A DNA stretch of 64,000 nucleotides from positions 160,001 through 224,000 of IMG/VR virus record IMGVR_UViG_3300045988_170943. The stretch is one strand, 5' to 3'. Below the pieces are notes generated by a model, which saw nothing but the letters and a program-made list of their open reading frames with translations, searched no databases and was not told the origin of the DNA. Made by a program: the position numbers and the translations under genes. Source of the DNA: a virus. This document shows, one piece after another, positions 46,930 through 55,630 of the stretch; position 1 is the stretch's first letter, and each line of letters starts with the position of its first letter.

Positions 46930-48993
46930 ATGACGAAGGATAACTCCAACACTGCCAACAGTAAGGGCAACAACTATGAGGGTATCGACACTCATTTCCT
47001 GGAGCCTTACCTGGAGTTTGACGAGACAGTGCCTCTCCAGGAGTGGTACAAGACGTTGAAGGGGTTCATCAGGGCGCGCGGTGAGGACCCGGAGTATCAG
47101 GAGATGCTTCGCCAGCGTGACGAGTTGCGGGAGCGCATCTGGGGGCACAACAAGAGGATTGAGAAACTGCGGGACCCGAAAAAGCGCGACCCGCTGGTTG
47201 ACAACATGGAAGATGCGACCCAGGTGCAGATCCGGGACGCGATTCTTGAGGTGCGACCCGACTTTGAGGAATATGCGGCTCTGCGCAACCGAATCGACCA
47301 ATGGCGGGCACCTGCTGCTGCCGCAGCCCTCGTCGCCTCCCAGATCCGAGACAGGTTGGACAAGGATGCGGGCGTGTTCCTTGAGTATGATGATGACTCT
47401 ATCGGGGACCTTGTGACTATTGGCGAGTTCGAGATCGGCTCACCTGAGTGGCACGCTGCACGTAATGTGGGTGTGGGAGGATCTGACGTGGGTCGTATCT
47501 TGAAGGCTGGTGACCCGGAGTACGTCAACGAGGAGTACAGGGCGTTCCTGACCGAGAAGGCTGGGGTGGCTGAGGTAGAGGAGCATGACCGGTACGACTT
47601 CACTACCGCCATCGGCCGTGGATGCTCGTGGGAGGAGTATATTCGGCAGATGTTCACCGACATGCACCCAGAACTGAACGTGGCGTTCTGCAAGACGTCC
47701 TGGGCTGGGGCTGGCTTGGACGCCTACCGGCATGCGAACTTTGACGGCCTGCTGCTGAATGATGACGGTACCCCTGAGGGTGTCCTGGAGATCAAGACCG
47801 GCACCGTGGACCCCAGAAAGTGGGGGCCGTCCGGCGACCTGGATGTGCGCGACTACTACTCGCCGCTTCGTGAGGGTCCCATCAACACTGACATGTGGCA
47901 TAGTGACACCCCTTGGGATTGTCCGTTCATCCCCGCCCAATACCTGCTACAGGTCCTCTGGTACGCGGTGAACGCTGGCCTCAAGTACGGGATCCTGTTC
48001 GCTGTGCTTGACGACCATGATGTGCGTGAATACCGGATCGATGTAGCGAAGTTCAGTAAGTTCTTCCACTGGGTTGATCAAGAAGTCGAGAAGGCTTGGG
48101 CTAAGGTCGAGAAGTACCAGGAGAAGATCGCGGAAGGTAAGAACCCGTTCCCTCAGCCACGGAAGGGGTTTGCGAGGAAAACCAGTGTCAGTTCTGTCAG
48201 CAAGTGGCTCAGCCCCTACCTGGACATTGACGTCAAGGACGCTGGGGCCATCATCAGGGACTTCCATATGGATCTTGACCCTTACCGGCTGGCACTGGCG
48301 AGTGAGAAGACCGGTAACGATGACGACTTTGGGTGCGACTACCACCCCTATAACGACCTGTTCTTCAAGTACACCGAGATGTACCGGGAGCGCCCGTTCA
48401 TAGGTATCGACCTGGAGACGAACCACCTGGCAACAAAGTTTGGTCGCATCATCGAGACCGGCGTTGTCAGCCTGGACAAACGCGGGAAGATTGAGGTCCT
48501 TGTTGACCAGTTGCATGGAGTGCCGGACCTGACCCTGGCTGGTGTCTCCACCGGTATGGTTGACGTACACCGCATCACCCCAGAGATGTTGAAGGATAAG
48601 CCACCGTTCGAGGAGCCCCAGTTCCAGAAGGATCTACTGGATATGCTCACTAGTGGCGTCATGGTTGCCCACAACGCTGGTTTTGAGAAACAGTGGCTCG
48701 CCGTGAACCTGAAGGGCTTCGCCGAAGCAATGGACAAGGACGGCATCAGGGTCCTTGACACTAGGATGCTCACATGGAAGTTCATGATGGATGCACCAGA
48801 CAACACCCTGGAGTCATTCGCCGAGTACAACGGTATCCCATATGAGGGGGCTCACGCCGCCACCCAGGACACGATCATCATGATGCGCGCCCTGTGGCGG
48901 TTCATGACTTGCGTGCGCGAGAACGGCAGGTTCATCACGCTACGTCCGACTGATGAGCAGAGGAAGAAAGAAGCCGCCCAGGTCACCCGGTAG
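46930..48993 (+). CDS. fusion protein: YqaJ-like PD-(D/E)xK phage-type exonuclease domain + DnaQ-like DEDDh 3'-5' exonuclease domain
   Basis: YqaJ signature GSPEWHAARNVGVGGSDVGRIL in the middle. C-terminal FIGIDLETNHL (Exo I), HNAGFEKQWL (Exo II) and HAATQDTIIM (Exo III, H...D). Confidence 0.7.
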   Translation: MTKDNSNTANSKGNNYEGIDTHFLEPYLEFDETVPLQEWYKTLKGFIRARGEDPEYQEMLRQRDELRERIWGHNKRIEKLRDPKKRDPLVDNMEDATQVQIRDAILEVRPDFEEYAALRNRIDQWRAPAAAAALVASQIRDRLDKDAGVFLEYDDDSIGDLVTIGEFEIGSPEWHAARNVGVGGSDVGRILKAGDPEYVNEEYRAFLTEKAGVAEVEEHDRYDFTTAIGRGCSWEEYIRQMFTDMHPELNVAFCKTSWAGAGLDAYRHANFDGLLLNDDGTPEGVLEIKTGTVDPRKWGPSGDLDVRDYYSPLREGPINTDMWHSDTPWDCPFIPAQYLLQVLWYAVNAGLKYGILFAVLDDHDVREYRIDVAKFSKFFHWVDQEVEKAWAKVEKYQEKIAEGKNPFPQPRKGFARKTSVSSVSKWLSPYLDIDVKDAGAIIRDFHMDLDPYRLALASEKTGNDDDFGCDYHPYNDLFFKYTEMYRERPFIGIDLETNHLATKFGRIIETGVVSLDKRGKIEVLVDQLHGVPDLTLAGVSTGMVDVHRITPEMLKDKPPFEEPQFQKDLLDMLTSGVMVAHNAGFEKQWLAVNLKGFAEAMDKDGIRVLDTRMLTWKFMMDAPDNTLESFAEYNGIPYEGAHAATQDTIIMMRALWRFMTCVRENGRFITLRPTDEQRKKEAAQVTR

Positions 48994-49098
48994 AGGAAGA
49001 GAACCTTTAGTGGCGGACGTCACTTGTACCCTGATTTTCTGTGGTGATATAGTCGCGTGCGAGCGTCGTCAAGCCCAATCTTGAAAAGGAGAAGAAAG

Positions 49099-49476
49099 AT
49101 GTCGCGCACCGACAAGGACGCCCCTAGCAGGGTGAAGATCGAGCAGATGGCTCGTCGAGGGGACCTTAGGGTTGAGCACTCGCACGGGAAGGATGAGCCG
49201 TGCCCTCTTGATCACATGACTCCTGGGGCTGGTGTGAACAGTTCTCGCTACGGGTGTTTCGTCCCTGTCTCTGAGTTCAGGAGGACGAACCTTATTGACG
49301 GTTGCGACTGCTACCAGGACACCAATAGGAGCATGAGTACGAGGCGTCAGGCTACCCTGAGGCGTGCCGCTGACGCCTACAACTCGGGCGATGATGACGA
49401 GTTTGACGCCCTGGTTGAGGACTACTCTATGGGGCGTGCTCCGCATGACTACCACTGCCCTTACCGTGGACACTGA
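49099..49476 (+). CDS. Cys/His-rich hypothetical protein
   Basis: ATG after AAAGGAGAAGAAAG. CPLDH...GCFVP...GCDCYQD...HCPYRGH suggests metal binding. Confidence 0.4.
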   Translation: MSRTDKDAPSRVKIEQMARRGDLRVEHSHGKDEPCPLDHMTPGAGVNSSRYGCFVPVSEFRRTNLIDGCDCYQDTNRSMSTRRQATLRRAADAYNSGDDDEFDALVEDYSMGRAPHDYHCPYRGH

Positions 49477-49624
49477 GGGTCATCATGTCATCGCTTCCTG
49501 AGGCTGCGTCGGAAGTTGCTCTAACATCCGACGCAGCCTCAGGAAGTGCTAGTCGGTGGTCACAATTGACGCCTGAATGCAGCAGTCAACTGTCCAGACG
49601 GCAGGCTGAGGTTCTTCTAGGACG

Positions 49625-50227
49625 TTGTGGCGCACACATAGGGAGGGCAGAATCGTCGCCTATGGGCTCACTGGATCTACCCTGTACAACCTGCACACGC
49701 CATCCAGTGACCGGGATGCGACCATCATCACTGACGTCAAGTCAAGGAAGGATTGGCACCGCGTCTTTGATGACGGCGAGGACGTGCGTGTCGTGTCAGT
49801 CCACTCTTTCGCCAGCCGCATCCTGAACTCGCAGCCAACAGATGTTGACTTCCTGATGTCGGGGGCCCTCACCTTCGACACCTCACCTTACGAGACATAC
49901 CTCAGGTCGTTGCGTTTCGACGCGAACACCTACCTTGACAGGTGCGAATCGCACTCTATCGAATACATTAAGAAAGCGGCCGGTGACAAGAACGACAGAC
50001 GGAAGCACAAGAGCCTCAAGACGGCTTTCCGTAACGCGGTCCTGTTCAACCGGGTTCGACGCGACGGGACCAGGTATACGTCTTGGTTCAATGAGGAGCA
50101 ACGTATACGTTTCTATGATCATCTTGGTGGCATCTATACGAACTTTGAGGTGCACGGCAGAGGACAGCACTCGACCCATGTGTTCGAGATGCTTCTTGAG
50201 GTGGCGAAAGATGTTGACGGGGCGTAG
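49625..50227 (+). CDS. minimal pol-beta-superfamily nucleotidyltransferase (MNT-like)
   Basis: GLTGSTLYNLHTPSSDRD matches the NTase hG[GS]x9-13Dh[DE]h signature. TTG start. About 200 aa. Confidence 0.45.
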   Translation: MWRTHREGRIVAYGLTGSTLYNLHTPSSDRDATIITDVKSRKDWHRVFDDGEDVRVVSVHSFASRILNSQPTDVDFLMSGALTFDTSPYETYLRSLRFDANTYLDRCESHSIEYIKKAAGDKNDRRKHKSLKTAFRNAVLFNRVRRDGTRYTSWFNEEQRIRFYDHLGGIYTNFEVHGRGQHSTHVFEMLLEVAKDVDGA

Positions 50228-50410
50228 TGGCCCCTTAACCAAGGAAGGTCAGCATAGGGTGTTGCGCTTGCGTCCTTAGCATCCGTGACCCTTGGGGCCA
50301 GTACGTGGCCGTGTATTTCGTGCTATTGACCTTACTTCAATATAGATATATCCTAGTGTTATCAATGAAGTCATAGGGTGAACCACGCCCGGAAAAATCC
50401 TAGGAGAATC

Positions 50411-50764
50411 ATGAGTAGAGTACACGTGCTTGCTGGGGCTTGCCTGATTGGACTGGCAGTAGGAGCCATAACCAGAGCCGTCATACCCAAAACCAGTGAT
50501 GCTGCGATCGTGGAGTCACCGTCGGGCGAGTTGCCCATGGTTTCGGATGCTTGTCAAGGTGGGGTGCTGATCTTTCGTAGTGAGGTTGATCACAATGGGG
50601 TCGCGTGGGCCGTGGAGTCGGCGGCCGTAGAAAACGGTTGTCTTTACCTGAAGGTTTCACCACGAATCCAGTATCCTGGGTGCGGTAACGTCATTCAGTG
50701 CGTCATTCCGGCGGACAGTAAGGTGCTGTGCCGTAAGCCCAAAGTGATCGTTGCCTTCCAGTAG
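50411..50764 (+). CDS. small secreted protein
   Basis: ATG after AGGAGAATC. Signal-peptide-like MSRVHVLAGACLIGLAVGAITRA. Four Cys. Confidence 0.45.
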   Translation: MSRVHVLAGACLIGLAVGAITRAVIPKTSDAAIVESPSGELPMVSDACQGGVLIFRSEVDHNGVAWAVESAAVENGCLYLKVSPRIQYPGCGNVIQCVIPADSKVLCRKPKVIVAFQ

Positions 50765-50974
50765 TTTAAACCTGTAGGACGCCACCTGACCTGGAGATAT
50801 GCGCACATCCGCCATGCGCCGTGGATATTGAGTTGATGCCAAGCAAGAAAATCCGCGCCTGCTATTAAGGTGAGGTAACTATTGATTTTTGTGTTTGCAA
50901 AAACGATGCAGATGCTATAAGGTAACCCACGTATCAACTACGTACACCCTCAACACATAGGGAGGCACCCAGGA

Positions 50975-53281
50975 ATGGGCATTCTTCACTCAACCGCTGG
51001 CCGGTCCACCATCGCTATGGCTATGGTCGCACTATCACTGGCAGCCTGCTCCAGCCCGGCCCCTAAGAACAGTGCAACCACAAAGCCAACTGCTAAGGCG
51101 ACAGCCAGCACTAACGACAAGACGAAGGTTAAGAAGGACTCGGCGAAGAACAACCTGGGTAAGAAGTCTGACCCTAAGGGTGCTAACAGTCCCACTGTCC
51201 CTGGTCAGCCTGGTTCTGCCGCCTCCCCTGCCCCGGCTTTCCCGTCACCTGCTGTCAACGGCACCACTGGCACGGTTGTCAGCCCGTTCGGATCATTCAG
51301 TGCTGGCCCGGCCCTGCCTAAGCCGCCAATGCCTGTTCCGTTTGTGAACGTCCCTGGTAACCCCTCAGGTGGCGCCAGTATCGCCATCGCTGACCCCACT
51401 CAGGGTGATGGTGGGCAGGTTGGCTCTGCGGTCACGAACCCGGCCGCCCCGTGGACCCCACCGACCACCACGTACCCGGCGTCATCCAGCAAGGATGAGG
51501 GTGTCACTACTGATGTTCCGCACACTGTGCCGTCACTGGCCCCTGGTGGTACGAGCCAGCCAGATGCGGCAACCCCTGGCGGTAACGACTGGGGTACAGA
51601 CGACCCGTCTGGCATCCCGCCGATCAGCATCCCGGACACTCCTGACCTGCCAGTAAACCCGTCCACTCCTGGTAATGAGGGCGGCAACCAGACTGAGCCC
51701 ACAAACCCGGTGACGCCGGACGTCCCTGTGGCTCCGCCGACCCCTGGTGGGGACCCGGCCGCCCCGGTCAACCCTGGTGGCAACAATGGTGGTGGCGACA
51801 AGCCCGTGACCCCACCGGTGAAGCCCGTCAGCCCAGCACAGCAGGCACGTATCGACGCGGCCCAGAAGGTCCTGTCTGATGCGTCCGCGAAGGTCGTTCA
51901 GGCGAAGACTGACCTGGCCGCCGCGCAGTCTAAGAGTGCCGCCGCCCACAAGACTCTCAACCAGGCCCGTAAGGATCTTGCTGCCGCTAAGGCCCGGCAG
52001 GCTGACGCTATCGCAAACCTGGCGACTGTGCAGGCTGAGGTTGACTCCACCAGCGGCATGGTGAGTATGCGAGCACAGTACGCTGATGCTGCCGCGCGCT
52101 CTCAGTTCTCCAAGGCTGGGGCCATTGACTGGAGTAAGGTCAGTGAGAATGATCGTGCCCGTATCACTGCGTCGATCCTGGCGGCGAAGATCAACTCCTA
52201 CCGTGAGAACATGGGGCTGCCTGCTCTGCCTTCTGTGGAGTCACTGACCGAGTTCTCCCAGGAGTGGTCTACGGCAATGGCTACTGGTAAGGTCGGGTTC
52301 GGGCATGATCGTGCACGCCTGTCCGGGTACCTGGGTAACAAGCCGACTGGTGCTCGCATCACGAACATCAACGAGAATGTGGCGTACACCAACAGCAATA
52401 ACCCGGTGTCCGACGCAAACTACCTGTTCTCCCTGTGGCGCAACAGCGATGAGCATAACAAGAACATGAAGGCTGACGACACGAACGCTATGGGTGTGTC
52501 TGTCGCCTATGATCAGGAGCGGGGCGTGTACGCTACCATGAACATGGTTCGTTTCCAGGGTGGTGACCCGCACGAGAAGGCCACGTTCACTGACGTGTCT
52601 GAGGTTGATGGTAATGTCGCCTGGAACACGAACACGAAGGAGCGTCACCTGCCGTCCGTCACCCCGCAGATCAAGGGTGCTGAGACCAAGGTTGTGAAGG
52701 CTGAGGACCTGCCGAAGCGGGCCACCTCGGAGTTCACTGTCGCTGACATTCAGAAGCCGGTCATTGAGAAGGACATCGCTGACCGCGAGGCGGCTGCTAG
52801 GGTTGATCGCGCTGAGGCTGTCCTGAACCAGGCGAACGCGGATGCAGCCCGCGCTGACACGATTGTCCACAACGCGGAGGACGCCGCCGGGTATGCTGAT
52901 GTGGATGTGCACCACGCCCAGGATGCTCTTGAGGATGCCCAGGGTGAGCAGGCCCAGGCTCAGGCTGCCCTTGACGAGGTGATCGCCAACCCGGTTGAGG
53001 AGCCTGCCGGTGCTCCGGTTGAGGGGGAGTCCCCTGTGGCGGCTGTGTCCGAGGAGAGCCCCATGATGTCAACGGATGTTGAGTCGGAGGCTGTTTCTGA
53101 GGCCTCGGTTGAGGATCACGCTGAGCCGGTCGCTGAGGAGGCTGCACCTACTGAGGAAGTAGCGCCAGTCGATAAGGCTGAGGCTCCGGCTACTGGTGCG
53201 GAGGCACCCCAGGCTGACGCTGACGCTGACGCTGGCGCTGGTGATGTCGAGGCCGCACCTGAGGCACCTGCCGCTAAGTGA
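50975..53281 (+). CDS. lipoprotein with a P/T/G-rich linker, central CAP (SCP/PR-1-like) domain, coiled coil and acidic C-terminus
   Basis: Lipobox LSLAACSS. Long Pro/Thr-rich region. CAP-like GHDRARLSGYLG...ENVAYT...LWRNSDEHNKNM. A/E/D-rich tail with a short GCTGAC tandem repeat at about 53215. Confidence 0.65.
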   Translation: MGILHSTAGRSTIAMAMVALSLAACSSPAPKNSATTKPTAKATASTNDKTKVKKDSAKNNLGKKSDPKGANSPTVPGQPGSAASPAPAFPSPAVNGTTGTVVSPFGSFSAGPALPKPPMPVPFVNVPGNPSGGASIAIADPTQGDGGQVGSAVTNPAAPWTPPTTTYPASSSKDEGVTTDVPHTVPSLAPGGTSQPDAATPGGNDWGTDDPSGIPPISIPDTPDLPVNPSTPGNEGGNQTEPTNPVTPDVPVAPPTPGGDPAAPVNPGGNNGGGDKPVTPPVKPVSPAQQARIDAAQKVLSDASAKVVQAKTDLAAAQSKSAAAHKTLNQARKDLAAAKARQADAIANLATVQAEVDSTSGMVSMRAQYADAAARSQFSKAGAIDWSKVSENDRARITASILAAKINSYRENMGLPALPSVESLTEFSQEWSTAMATGKVGFGHDRARLSGYLGNKPTGARITNINENVAYTNSNNPVSDANYLFSLWRNSDEHNKNMKADDTNAMGVSVAYDQERGVYATMNMVRFQGGDPHEKATFTDVSEVDGNVAWNTNTKERHLPSVTPQIKGAETKVVKAEDLPKRATSEFTVADIQKPVIEKDIADREAAARVDRAEAVLNQANADAARADTIVHNAEDAAGYADVDVHHAQDALEDAQGEQAQAQAALDEVIANPVEEPAGAPVEGESPVAAVSEESPMMSTDVESEAVSEASVEDHAEPVAEEAAPTEEVAPVDKAEAPATGAEAPQADADADAGAGDVEAAPEAPAAK

Positions 53282-53505
53282 CACTCCTTCGTGCACTCGT
53301 CATAAGACTCTAGCCTGACGGCACAAGGGTCTCATGTCTGGGGCTGGTAGTGGAAAATAACTTCTGCTACCAGCCCCATTTCTGTGTCTGTGAACCTTGG
53401 GCGCCCTGGCAACAAGGCCTACATGATTCGACTAGGGTGTTATGTGTGATACATCACTGCCGGACGTTTTGGTGGCACGTCCACTACTGCGCTATCATCG
53501 GGTAC

Positions 53506-54210
53506 ATGACCGACATTACCTCTCCTGTCATCGTTAAACCTATCGAGCCGTCCAAGGAGGAGATTCAGTTTCTCCTTCATGCTGTCAATGAGTATGCGGT
53601 CTCGTATGGGACTGCCGGTCTTCAGGAGGTGATGGACTACGTGTTCACTATCCTGTCTGGGCAGATCCCGGAGGCTGTACCTGATCTCCTTGTTCATGAC
53701 TCTGGGGCCATGTCAGTGCTCGGGATCCGTGTCCACACGTTCCTCACCCAGGAGGCGGGCTACTATGCTCGCGTAACCCGCCAGTTCGCGGAAACACTGT
53801 CTAATGCTATCGGCCCTGATGCAAGAGTGCTTGACCCTATGGCTGGTCGGGGACTCCTGGTGAAGGCACTCCAGGAGCAGGGCGTCGAGGTGCTGGGGAC
53901 GGACAACAACTCATGGGGGCTTTCTGATTCCATTGAGGTCATGGATGTCCTGAAGTCCATTAGGGCGCATGGGGGCTGGGCTACACACCTGGTGCTGGCG
54001 TGGCCGCCCTACAATGACAGTGTTGACGTGAAGATCCTTCAGGAGGTGCGCACCAACTTCCCACATCTGAAGGTTGTATACATTGGTGAGGTTGACGGGT
54101 GCACCGGGTCGGAGGGATTCTGGGAGGTCGCCCAGGTATCCGAGTTCGATTCTCCGGTCATGTACGAGACCTTTGGATGCGTGCATGACTATGTGTACCT
54201 GGTGAAGTGA
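53506..54210 (+). CDS. putative SAM-dependent methyltransferase-like protein
   Basis: VLDPMAGRGLL (motif I-like, compare DPFxGSG). VEVLGTDNN (acidic residue after beta-2). LVLAWPPY (motif IV-like xPPY with W in the catalytic D/N position). Confidence 0.3.
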   Translation: MTDITSPVIVKPIEPSKEEIQFLLHAVNEYAVSYGTAGLQEVMDYVFTILSGQIPEAVPDLLVHDSGAMSVLGIRVHTFLTQEAGYYARVTRQFAETLSNAIGPDARVLDPMAGRGLLVKALQEQGVEVLGTDNNSWGLSDSIEVMDVLKSIRAHGGWATHLVLAWPPYNDSVDVKILQEVRTNFPHLKVVYIGEVDGCTGSEGFWEVAQVSEFDSPVMYETFGCVHDYVYLVK

Positions 54211-54343
54211 GACCAGGCCATTTATCGCAGCCTCACTGTGCTCCCGCCACTACCCCCAACCGGTTCCTGTTTAGATAGGGACAGGATGGGGAGGGAGCAC
54301 ACACCGATACGAAGTTAACACCCCCAGAAGAAGGATCCCACCC

Positions 54344-55546
54344 GTGAGTAACAGCAAACGACTCATCATGTGTCACGGACTGCCCGGCTCGGGTAAGTCC
54401 ACGTGGGCTGCCCGCTATGTCGAGGCTAATCCTGGAACGGTTATCGTCAACAAGGACGTGCTGCGCACTGAGGTCGCGGGCGAGAACTACCACCGGGCGG
54501 GGCACGATCCGAGAGTGGAGAAGCGAGTCGCCCAGTTGCAGCGTGAGCGCCTGGAGGCCGCTTTCACTGACCCCAATGTGCTTGTTGTGGTCAGTGATGA
54601 CACGAACCTGGACGCAAAGGATGTGAAGCGCGTGTGGGACCTGGCTGAGGCCCATGGGGTGCAGGTTGAGCACAAGTACCTGGATGTGCCTGTCAGCGTG
54701 TGCAAGGAACGCAACCGCGCTCGTGCGACTGCCGGTGGGCGCCTTGTCCCAGAGAACATGATTGACGCCATGGCCGTGAAGGGCTACGACGAGCCGATCC
54801 ACCTGTTCGGTGACGACGGAGTAGTTGAGCCGGGCCACATCAAGCACTTCATTCGTGATGAGCGCAATGGTCAGGTGATGGCGGTGTCGCACATTCATCA
54901 GGGGAGTGTGGACCTGGATGCGTTCAATCAGGCTGCCGCACTTGCCTACCCGATCCGTGGGCGCTCGGTTGTGATACTGGATGCTGACGGCACCCTATTC
55001 AACAACAAGGACGACTCTAGGCGGTTTCTGAATCGTAGTCGCCCTGACTTCCCTGGGTTCTACCGGTCCATTGCGAACGCCTCAGTGAACCAGAAGGTGT
55101 TGCGGCTGGTTCAGGAGATGCGAGACTGTGACGGCCTGAACATTATCCTGGTGACGGGCCGGTCGAACGACTACGCCAGGGCCTTGATTGACGCCGTGTC
55201 CAGGTCTGGCGCCCCAGTGTCCAGGGTGATCATGAAGCGTGCTGGTGATGCCAGGCCATCTAGTGTCCACAAGGAGGAGGCCCTGAGGTCACTGCGGGGT
55301 GAGGGCCTGGTTGTGGTGCATGCTGTGGATGACCGGGGTAAGGACATCGCCATGTTTGAGCGTAACGGGGTCATGGTGTCCAGGGTTGCTGAGCCGGACA
55401 CTGACGGTGTGGAGCCGGATGTGGACACCATGTATGGTTCTGGAAGGTGTATCCGTTGCGGTCGGCCTTTGTCAGGTGGTGGCAGTATTGGGAGGACCTG
55501 CCGCACAAAGATGGATTCATGGTGGCAGATTGTGACTGGACAGTAA
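54344..55546 (+). CDS. polynucleotide kinase-phosphatase (T4 Pnk-like: N-terminal P-loop kinase + C-terminal HAD phosphatase) with a C-terminal zinc ribbon
   Basis: GTG start after GAAGAAGGA. P-loop MCHGLPGSGKSTWA. HAD motif I VVILDADGTLFNN (DxDGT). IILVTGR (motif II). CIRCGRPL...CRTK. Confidence 0.7.
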   Translation: MSNSKRLIMCHGLPGSGKSTWAARYVEANPGTVIVNKDVLRTEVAGENYHRAGHDPRVEKRVAQLQRERLEAAFTDPNVLVVVSDDTNLDAKDVKRVWDLAEAHGVQVEHKYLDVPVSVCKERNRARATAGGRLVPENMIDAMAVKGYDEPIHLFGDDGVVEPGHIKHFIRDERNGQVMAVSHIHQGSVDLDAFNQAAALAYPIRGRSVVILDADGTLFNNKDDSRRFLNRSRPDFPGFYRSIANASVNQKVLRLVQEMRDCDGLNIILVTGRSNDYARALIDAVSRSGAPVSRVIMKRAGDARPSSVHKEEALRSLRGEGLVVVHAVDDRGKDIAMFERNGVMVSRVAEPDTDGVEPDVDTMYGSGRCIRCGRPLSGGGSIGRTCRTKMDSWWQIVTGQ

Positions 55547-55630
55547 GCACTGGCCGCCAGGTGAGGACATTGCATCCTTCTGGCGGTCAGTGCTGTACGC
55601 GACGGGGTGTGGTTGCAAGGATAAGATGAT

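Noticed and set aside
47097-48830. Minus-strand ORFs 47097..47693, 47440..47940, 47947..48570 and 48348..48830 within the YqaJ-DnaQ fusion gene
   Set aside because: The sense frame contains both exonuclease motif sets. The antisense ORFs have no features.
51400-52915. Minus-strand ORFs within the CAP-lipoprotein gene and apparent repeats in its Pro/Thr-rich region
   Set aside because: The region is a low-complexity linker encoded on the + strand. The DNA repeats are short and imperfect, not a tandem-repeat locus or CRISPR.
53350-53505. N-terminal 52 residues of ORF 53350..54210 (MENNFCYQPHFCVCEPW...)
   Set aside because: A Cys/Trp/His-rich translation with no RBS. The start at 53506 (MTDITSP) directly precedes the methyltransferase-like domain.
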